64,000 bases of DNA. Origin: Strigamia acuminata (lineage: Eukaryota). The notes below the pieces were generated by a model. That model did no database searches, was not told the DNA's origin, and was given only the letters and a program-made list of their open reading frames with translations. The stretch spans positions 5,208,001 through 5,272,000 of the forward strand of contig OX442314.1 in NCBI GenBank assembly GCA_949358305.1, in the 5' to 3' direction. Of the stretch, positions 49,777-59,460 are shown in pieces (the stretch's first letter is position 1; every line of letters starts with the position of its first letter). Both the position numbers and the translations under genes were made by a program.

Positions 49777-52700
49777 GTAAGGTTGTCGGATAAAGAATTA
49801 ATGAGATGTTCCATTTCTTCTTTAGACAACATTCTCTTTGGCTGTTGACATTGCCGTACTCAGTGTCCAACTTGGCCACAATTATGGCACGGTGCATTCT
49901 CCGGTGTCAATTTTACTTGACTGGTCTTATTACCATCTGCTGCGCCGCCTGGCGTAGAAGTCTGTCCTTTATTTTCACTTAATTGTGGAGTTTGTACTTC
50001 TAATTTTGAGTTGAAGTCGACAGAGTACGGTTTGGTCGGAAAGGACGAATTTCCTTGTGTCTGTGGCTGCACAACCATTTGATGTGGCAATCTTGTTTGC
50101 ATTTGCGGCTTGTATTTTGTTATCGCTGGATTGTTCCGTGTAAATAATACGCTTGCCGCATCCATCAAAGTGTTTAATTCATTTTCCGAGTAGTCTGTCA
50201 ACATTATTTGTGTATCACCGACTGATTCGGTTGCTTCGGACGGGTCTTGTACCCATTTGACCGTTGGTCGCGTTGGCACTCGTGGCTGTGGATAAGGTGA
50301 TGGTCCACTTTCTTGTTTTTTGGTGGACCCTTCCTCCCGAGATAATAAAAATTGCGAGCGTGGGCGCATCATTTTTGCACCGGATCTAGTGTAGTCTGAG
50401 TGGTGTCGCTGCAGGTCATCCCGTGCTCTTTGCTCTTCCAGCGGGAGGTCTGATGCATATCTGTCATCAATATACATTTGATTGTTCCTTATAAATTCTT
50501 GTAATTTCTCGAAAGAGCTGGCCATTGGTGCATCCACCATTCTTAATACCTTCTCGGAAAAGGGTGTCAGACCATTTCTGAATTTTCTATCTTCGTCGAA
50601 ATCGCTGATGTGATACGGGAGCTGAGCAATTAGATCTTCTGTTCGTCTTAAGTAAGACCGAATGTCTTCGCCCAACATTTGTTTGTGGTTGTCCCAATAC
50701 TTTATCATCATTGCATTGGACTCCCCGTATTCTTTCATAAATGCTTTTACAAATTCATTCCAATGCGTGAATTTATTTTTTCGGAACCAATTTGTTGCTC
50801 CACCAACCAACATTTTTGGTATCAACTTGTGTAAAGCCACATCTGGGTCCATTTCGTGACTTGTCACTACGTGCATCACTTCATCTAAGAACTGGGTTCC
50901 GATTTGCCATCCTCCGTCGAACATGTCCGGATTAATGCGGTCCCACTTGATTTGGTGTGGTGAGTTGTAGTAATGTGTCCAATTATCAGTACAATATTTC
51001 AGAATAAGCTTCCTTAAAACTTCCTCCATTTCCTGAGACTTCGAAGGAATTTGTGACAATTTTGAATCAATCTGTCTCGCGATGATTTCTTCTAATTCTC
51101 TGGAACTAGTTGGTAATGTGTTTGATGGGGGCGGATCTCTGTTATCCGAACGGGATTTCCCTCTATCCCATCTCTCACCTTGTGGCCTTGAGTAGCTATA
51201 CTCTTCTCTCCTTCCTCCTTGATGTCTGGAGAAATTGGGTTCTTCACGACGAAATTGCTCAGAATGTGAGTATTTTCTCTCACATTCGTGTTGTGATGGT
51301 GGTGGACTAGAACGTGACCTTCGTTGGTCTCGGTATGAGTCGTCTCGTCGCCTATCGGAATCTTCATGTCGTCTGCGTGACTCATCACGTTGCTCATGTG
51401 AATCTCTATTCGTATAGGATTCGTACCAATAGGAGCCTCCGTCTCGGCGCGATTCCCTTTGGTTATCACTTTGTTGACGTGGGTCGCTTCTGCTCATCGA
51501 CTCATTTCGATTGTAACAGCTTTGTCCAGTCGGACCGTAGTCACTTTGTTGACGAGTCTCGTCTCTGAAGCGGGCGTCACTTTGCTGGCGTGGTTCGTCT
51601 TGATAACACGATACATTTCGCATATCTGTATCATTATGCGCTTGCGTTTCATTTGCAAATCGTACTTCACTGCGCGAACGGGCTTCTTGACGATTGTACG
51701 ACTCATTTCGTAAATTGACATCTCGTCCTACATGTGGGTTTGGTCCAACATATCTGCCGTCTTTTGAACGAGAAGTATCTCGATTACACGACTCATTTCG
51801 TGGATTCATGTTTTCAGGTTGCTGTGAATATTTGCCCTGTAGATAGTCGTCATAATTTCTAATTTTTGTGTAACTGGCTTGTCCAGTTGCTCCATCTTGT
51901 CCGGTTGCAGCATCTTGACTATTGCTTTTATCTTGCTCCGGAACTTCTTGATCATGTTGGAATTTTTGTTTTTCACTTTCGCGACCCATTTCGCGTTGAC
52001 TATCCACTTGTTGTTTCATCTGTGTTTCCCGCAATCTTCGCCGATCCTCTCTTTCATTGGCTTCGGCTACCTGTTCAACCGCTTCCATGAACGTGTATGA
52101 CCTTCGATGGGCGGGGTTCTCATCGTCTCGAGCGTCTTCAAGATACTCTCCCAAAGCTTTGCCTCCACATGCGCCTTTTGTTGCAGGATTACTGACATTT
52201 TCAGTCTCTAATGGAGTTTTGCGGTCTCTGTCTTCAGAATCCATTTTTCTGCGTGCTGTCTGCCATTTTTGAAATTCGTCCGGATCCACTCCTGTTACTG
52301 CACCTTGTTTTTTAATTGGTCCAGCAGGTTGGTCCGTTGCACGCTGACGATTTCTCTGTGCAATCACGTCCAGCACGTCTGGATTTTTTGCTGGTGAAAC
52401 CGATGCTCTTTTAGCATCTCTTCTTTCATCCACCTCACCTCTCCTTTTTAAAGGATTCGCGGATGCGCCTGGAGATAGATTGACTACTTCTGGGCGATAG
52501 GATGGAACTCTCGTCGGTCGCTCGTAATTGCATTGTGCAATATACTTAATTTCATCCAATTCTCTCCGGACTCTCTCCGTTTCTTCTTGAGCTTCGAAAG
52601 CTGCTTGACGAAAATGATGAATATCTCTTTTCTCCGACTCGTCCATCGCCTTCTGTTTTGCAATTAATGCCAATCGTTCCGTCTCCACGCGGACTTTCTC

Positions 52701-53705
52701 CGCTTCAATTCTCTGCCTTTCGGCTTGGATCGCTGCTCGATCGGCCGCTACTTCCGCTAGCCGTTTCTCCTGCGAGTCTCGATACTCGTTCGCCATACGT
52801 ATTTTTTCTTGCTCGACACGTTGATTTTCGGCACGTATCGCATCTCGATTCGCTAATTCTTGCGCTTTACGTCTATCACGTAATTCTTGCCGTTCTGTTG
52901 CTAGGCGGATTCTTTCAGCTTCCATTCTGTCTTTCTCCGCTTGCATTTCTCTGTCCAATTGGTCTTTTTTGGCACGAATTTCTGCGTCTACTCGGTCTTG
53001 TTTGGCGCAGATCTCCGCTTCTGTCGCTTGTTTGGCCAATTCTGCTTCATACTTCGCCTGGCGTGCTTGGTGTTCCTCCATTTTTAGACGTCTCACCATC
53101 TCGTACTCTTCCAAATGGAAATCCTGTAGCTGCCGGGTGCTGGCTTTCATCGCATCCGTGATTTTCGCAACGTCTTCATCGGAAAGTGTAACGCCTTCTG
53201 CGTACTGACGCTGTCGCTCTGCCAATCGATCTGCATTTTCCTGCATGAGGTCGGCGATGCGCTGGCGTACTCGCGACAACTTATGTCGGGTCGGGGAATT
53301 TTCGCCCGAATTTTCCGCGTCGTCTTTCGCTCTCTGTTTAGCCGCGTTGTGATAACGTTTTATCAACTTCCCTCGTTTGTGAGCGACTGCAATCACTTGT
53401 TCCAATGACATGTTCGTTAAATCAATCTTACTGCTTGGAGTTGATGGCACACTGGGCGAAGTTTTGTCGACTGGCGAGTTGACACAGGGCTCTTCCCTTT
53501 GAGTTTCTGGTGACGTTTCTAACCAAAAATCTTGACCGGTTAGCCGGTGCTGTTCGGGGTCTTGATCCGATTCTTTTTCCGGACTGGATGATGAATCGAA
53601 ATACGGCTCCGCTGCTCTGCCGATCGCTCCTCCGGCCGTACCGCCTCTTGTGCGGACTCCACGTCTCGTTCCTCTCCCTCTCCTCGAATCTTGTGGCAAC
53701 GACAT
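49740..53705 (-). CDS. gag: Gag, 1321 codons, with one in-frame TGA (49862-49860) inside the CCHC zinc knuckle
   Basis: Capsid-like FDGG...LVGGATNWF...WNEFVKAFMKEY...QMLGEDIRSY; CHNCGQVGH*VRQC; the frame continues to TAG at 49742-49740. Confidence 0.93.
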
Positions 53706-53818
53706 TTTTGTTACACAGAATAGAGAAGAAAGAAACAGAAAAACTTTCTAACACAAATTTTAAAAGACAAAATGGTGGTCCCTCAACTGAAGATAGTTGT
53801 TAAGGTTCAAATTATTTA

Positions 53819-53829
53819 ACGGGCCCCCA
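53819..53829 (-). promoter_or_regulatory. Primer-binding site, tRNA-Pro-like (TGGGGGCCCGT)
   Basis: Lies 2 nt downstream of the 5' LTR; 10/11 match to the standard tRNA-Pro PBS TGGGGGCTCGT. Confidence 0.8.
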
Positions 53830-53831
53830 GG

Positions 53832-54814
53832 TGTAATGAGCCTGAATTATTGCTATCAAATTAATAACAGCAACAATTCTCTAAACTCATTAATGCTTAG
53901 ACAAGACTTATCATAAAAATACTCTCTTTAAACTAAACTTCTTTATTCTAACTTAGAATAAGGTAAATTACAGTGATAAATAAGGCTTAATGGAAATAAG
54001 AAATAAAATAATAGATGAAATGATGAAATAACTTCCAATCGACGTGGAAACGTTATCTTGACGATTCCAATGTTCTGGCGACGATTTCGGCTCGTTTCGT
54101 CGCGCTTCTACGGCTCTCTCCTCGACGCTCTTCTCGATATTCTCACTCACGGCGTCGCTCCCCGGTGAAACGGACTTATTCCGTGACTCAAACTCTCGAA
54201 TTCCCTGGAAATCGTCTGATGCGAATCGACTCACGCCGACTCGCTTGGTCAACCGGACTCTTTCCGTATCGTCTACTACACGTTCTCCGCAACTCCGTCG
54301 TCGTGGCGGCGAAACTGCGACTCTTTCGCACAACAATCTCTTCTCAACAATGTCGTTGAGACAAGATGAAATCTCACAATTGTATTCGTACAATTGCAAG
54401 AATGGACTCTAGCTGGATCCCTCTCAGCAAGAGTGTGGCTTCCCGTGTCACTAGTTGTGGTGGCACAAGATGAATCTAGCTGGATTCTTCACAGCAAGAT
54501 TATGAGTATAAAACTTCACTGAGGTTTTCACAAAATACTGGAGGGTTTCTCTGGGTTATTTTGTGTTGTTTCTCTGGCAAAGTTTGTGATCATACTGAGG
54601 AGTTCTCACTCCTCTCAGGACTCATTTCCTGTTTGGAGGCTTGTGGGCTGGTTACCCTGGCAACCACCCACATTTCCTCCCACTCTGTTCAGCTTTCTTG
54701 CCTGTAGACAGGAAGCATAAAAAATACAAAACTTCGACTTAAAATATAATAAATCAAAATATTATTTTACAGACTTTTTCTGTTGCTTCACTAGTGACCA
54801 CTAGGGTCACTACA
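53832..54814 (-). repeat. 5' LTR (983 bp)
   Basis: Direct repeat of 39736-40718, followed on the minus strand by the PBS and gag. Confidence 0.98.
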
Positions 54815-55122
54815 ATATTTAAGCACCCTTGGATAAAAACATTAGATGCTCCTCTGTCAGAAGACGGTGATCTTCCGGCTTATGGTGCCCTTTGCAGCAC
54901 TCGGCTTCCCTAGACTACAGCCCTTTTATAGCCGAAAGGTTAAGGTGGCCATACCCGGGTGCAAGGAGCTGCCAAGAGACACTATTGGTGCGGCAGTAAC
55001 TATGTCTAATATTGTGCCATTCAACCCTATCTTCTTCCTACAGGTCACCCAGTCCACTTCCAGGATCGGCAGCTTCCCTAGTGTCAACAGGGAATCATTG
55101 GTTAGTGTGCAGGACTGAACTG

Positions 55123-55503
55123 AGAACAAATTTAGTATCAGAAAATCAGGATACGTCGGGCCATGGAAACAAATTTTGTACCGGAAAATCTGGATACGTC
55201 GGGCCATGGGAACAAATTTAGTACCGGAAAATCTGGATATGTCGGGCCATGGGAACAAATTTAGTACCGGAAAATCTGGATCCGTCGGGCCATGGAAACA
55301 AATTTTGTACCGGAAAATCTGGATACGTCGGGCCATGGGAACAAATTTAGTACCGGAAAATCTGGATATGTCGGGCCATGGGAACAAATTTAGTACCGGA
55401 AAATCTGGATCCGTCGGGCCATGGGAACAAATTTTGTACCGGAAAATCTGGATGCGTCGGGCTCGGGCCATGGGAACAAATTTAGTACCGGAAAATCTGG
55501 ATA
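55123..55503. repeat. 43-bp minisatellite, about 9 copies
   Basis: gggccatgggaacaaatttagtaccggaaaatctggatacgtc; variants recur with a 3-unit period. Confidence 0.95.
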
Positions 55504-57809
55504 GGATTGACCACGACAAAAGGACGGGCCACCGGGGAATTCCCGGAATCCAGCCGGGCCAGTGTTAGTATCCTGCCGGGCCAGTCCAGCACTGTTAGTG
55601 TGATCATAGCTGTACTGCATGCCAAACAACACTACGAAGAGCTGCATGTGACACAACTATTATATACCAATCTTCTCCATTCATTCCCACAGATTTCCTT
55701 TATTTTAGGAAAGTGAACATTCCCTTTAATGTCAAGCTGCAACACATACAAATAGATGGCTTTGCTTCCAATCTATTGATCAAGAATGGGGGAAGGAAAA
55801 AAAGAGAGAAAGCCCAACACTATCATTTCCCTCGGTAAATGGCACCACTATACCTTGATGTCTTTTCAACTGTTTTCCTATTTTTCCACAAAGTTGGTCA
55901 AAAAAAATTGTTTCTTTTGACGTGATTCCTTTTTCTCCTCCTTTTACCATTTATAATTCCTCCGTTCAACGGTTTTCGATCGAGGAAAGCAATATGCTCT
56001 CCCAGCGGGATCCCTAATGACGATTTAGAGCTAAACGTATTTTGTTTCCTCGAGTTGCCACAAGGCGGCCGTTGCTAAGAGTCATCCAATCACCATGATT
56101 GATTCCCAATTCTGCCACTAGGATCTTATCACCAAGCGCCTCGAGAACACCTGGCGGCCGACTCCCGAATGTGAATAACGATCAAATAAAAGTTAATTAT
56201 TTCATTTCTCAAACGCATCAACTTTTAATTGTGCGTCGCGCACGCGCACGAAGGGGTTTCCGAGTGTGCCACTTTGGGTGTGTGTGGCACCTGACTTCTT
56301 TACGAGTCCTTATTGAGTTGTAGTCGTAAATCAAAGCTAATCTTAGCGAGGCGAATCAAAATTCATTTAATTTCGGGACCCAGCCACCCATTAAACGCCC
56401 CGCACTTATTCTTAATTTCATTGCACGACAACAAGATAAATGGCGGCGTCCAATCAAATTCATCGACTGCGGATCGTCAACGTTCCGTAACGAGAACCGG
56501 AAATTGTTTTCAACTCCGAAGAAATAAAATTAAAAAATATAAAATTAAATTTTTCTAATAATAAAAAAAAATTCCAAAAAAAGGAAAATGGATTTTATTT
56601 GTCACGAGCGTGTGTTCCAACCTTTTAAAATTTTCACTTTTTCTTTCGTTCCTCATTTATGTTCTTAATTTATGCGTGCGACCTTGTCCTATCTATTTAT
56701 TTTTATTACAATTTAGCGCGTATCTTTTTGTCACAATCGAGGATTTAAAAACCGAACGTTGTTACATATTTATTTATTTATTTTTTATTTATTATTTCTT
56801 TTATTTTTTTTTATTTTTTATTTATTATTTCTTTTATTTTTTTTTATTTTTTTTTATTATTTCTTTTATTTTTTTTTATTTTTTATTTATTATTTATTTT
56901 ATTTTTTTTTTATTTTTTTTTTAATTTTTAATTTAATTTTTCCTTTATTTGTTTGAATAGGAAATTACAAGATGGTTGATGGCGTTTGACAGCCGTCGTT
57001 TCTTTGTTGGGAGCGGAGGAGTATAAAGTAACGCGGGCGCACGTGAGAGGCGACGAAACGAGCGCTAGACGGCCCTCCAAATTAAGCCGCACCAAAAGGT
57101 TTTAAGTTTTATATATGCCTGGCCGTTTTCCGTGTTGTTTTTATTGCCTCTGCTATGGAAATGTTCACCACTTTGTCGTTACCAAAAAGCCTTATACCTC
57201 ACTACAGTTTTAAAATGAGATCGATTTCTTGCTTGCAAATTATTTTCCTCATTCTGCGAGCTTTGAAAAAAACGATGTCGCTAATGGCGAAACAAACAAA
57301 AAGATACGAGGATGGGTCGTTGGCTGCTTCGCCAATGATACAAAGAATACGATCGGATGATCATCAAAATCAATCACAACACATGCTAGGAAATGAGTTT
57401 GTCTTGGCAACGGACATGGCAGTCTGTAGTAACGGACATGCTCGCTCGAAGTGAATTAATTGTTAGTTGGAGCGATTTAATGTGATCTTAACCCTCTTTC
57501 GGTGAAATGAACAAGTTGTCGAGACTCTTTTCCGAAGCGCTTTAGTGTAATCAGCGCCCTCTTTCAATAAAGCAAACAAGTAATCGCGACTTTACTGATG
57601 CGTGAAGAAAGATGGCAGTCATTTGCCTGCTGACCAATCAGAATTAGAGGATTCTCAGATAAAGTTTATATTATTGCATCCGCACCTACGGGCTGATCAG
57701 TTACAGGTAAATCAATGAAATTTAAAAACTGACGTCACAATCTATCAGAAACCTGCTGCAGCAATGACACTAAATTAATTGCAACTATCGTATTTCTCCG
57801 ATTCTGCGG

Positions 57810-58410
57810 TGAATTTCACCACAAGAAATTATGCAGGTTTGAGCACATTAAGAAATTACATTGTATTGTTAGAAATACAATGCATAAGGTATCATGCAGC
57901 TTCCATATTTTTCTCCAGCAACAGTTGGCCAGGTTTTGAACAATAAAGAGATTTCACTTCTGATAGTGAAGTGGGCTTGGTTTAGTGAAGTGAACAGGAT
58001 CAGGGGCTTGGTTTAGTGAAGTGAACAGGATCAGGGGCTTGGTTTAGTGAAGTGAACAGGATCAGGGGCTTGGTTTAGTGAAGTGAACAGGATCAGGGGC
58101 TTGGTTTAGTGAAGTGAACAGGATCAGGGGCTTGGTTTAGTGAAGTGAACAGGATCAGGGGCTTGGTTTAGTGAAGTGAACAGGATCAGGGGCTTGGTTT
58201 AGTAAAGTGAACAGGATCAGGGGCTTGGTTTAGTGAAGTGAACAGGTCAGGGGCTTGGTTTAGTGAAGTGAACAGGATCAGGGGCTTGGTTTAGTGAAGT
58301 GAACAGGATCAGGGGCTTGGTTTAGTGAAGTGAACAGGATCAGGGGCTTGGTTTAGGTACAAATGAAGTCTTCCTGTGTTTATTTTCCCATTTGAAACCA
58401 AAGATGTAAA
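57810..58410 (+). repeat. Dispersed repeat family, copy 3, containing a 31-bp minisatellite (about 12 copies, 57973-58356)
   Basis: The flanks match 1801-1950 and 15112-15196; unit ttagtgaagtgaacaggatcaggggcttggt. Confidence 0.92.
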
Positions 58411-59384
58411 AGATTCAAAGATGCACTTTTTTTTCAAACATACATCTCCAAAATGGGGTGCGTTGAAGAAATAGGGTATCTTGCGGTGTGGCGATATTGT
58501 ATCGACATAAACATTCTATCTACTTTATGCCAGCAAAACAAAGTGCAATATTCATGGAGAACTATGAGAACTGGTCTGCAGATGAATGTCGCAAGATGTC
58601 TGGGAAAAAGCTTAACTGTATTTCTTGACCGTTCCGTATATATCCTATCTAAAGAGCGAAAGGACGTCTTCTATGTTGACATTCATTCATTATTCAGCTC
58701 CTTTTCATTTGTAATGCTTTCCTAACATGTTTCTCTATCAACACTTGACAGTGCTGGGATTAAAGGATAATGCCCAGACGACCGATTTCTAAAAGCATGG
58801 TCCCACTGGGTCACTTAGTTCAAGTTTGTCACATTCACAACAGCAGGAGCCCTTGACTCAACTTTTGTTTTATCTAACACTTAGCCGGCTACAAAAATAG
58901 CCATTGTTTAATTAGTGGAGAATTAAGTCAACGGTGTTTAGCCGGAGCAGTGATAGCTTATCTGAGGATTTTTATCCTCGTTGGTTTAGCATATACTGGA
59001 GATATCAGGGATTGATTATTGATTGGTCAAGTGAAATAATAATGAGAGAGAACAATGAGAGCTGAATAACCTTGTGGCCTTTGGGTATCGAATGTATATC
59101 GCAGGGAGGTGAATTTCACTATCAAATGAGTTCATCTAGACTGTATCTGCTGACAGTGTATTCTCAATTATTGGAGCTGGACATTGGAACAAAGACTGGA
59201 TATCTATATCTGCAGGTGCTGGAGATGGAATGGAAGTGTCGTAATTAGAATTAATATTGAACGGTGTTTGGAGAATACAAGTTGCTTTGTTAACCATTAA
59301 TAGCCGCTCAATATTTTTCCCAATAATCATTTTAATCAAGTTTAGCTTTAGCACAATTGTTACTGATTATTAGTTATTACTCAT

Positions 59385-59460
59385 AACACAAGTGTTTATT
59401 CTTAGCGATAACAAAAGTGTTATTCTTAGCGCTAACAAGTGTTTATTCTTAGCGATAGCA
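59385..59460. repeat. About 23-bp tandem repeat, 3 copies
   Basis: aacaagtgtttattcttagcgat units. Confidence 0.8.

Larger units (their letters stand above)
39736..54814 (-). mobile_element. Full-length Ty3/Gypsy LTR retrotransposon, 15079 bp, gag-pol plus a third non-env ORF; possibly Osvaldo/Ulysses-like lineage
   Basis: Two 983-bp TG...CA LTRs; ATAT TSD at 39732-39735 and 54815-54818; PBS and PPT; PR-RT-RH-IN domain order. The lineage guess comes from integrase PQANTVERTNR and the LSKASQGISAKL..GPY tail and is inference only. Confidence 0.98.

Noticed and set aside
41920..49862. Whole-genome UGA=Trp code or selenocysteine as the explanation for the TGAs
   Set aside because: About 50 Trp codons are TGG against 3 TGA, the context looks like a metazoan nuclear genome, and the positions correspond to Trp rather than Cys. 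It cannot be formally excluded without host genes.
54926..55568. 197-aa and 130-aa ORFs
   Set aside because: They are mostly translations of the 43-bp minisatellite, whose unit length is not a multiple of 3.
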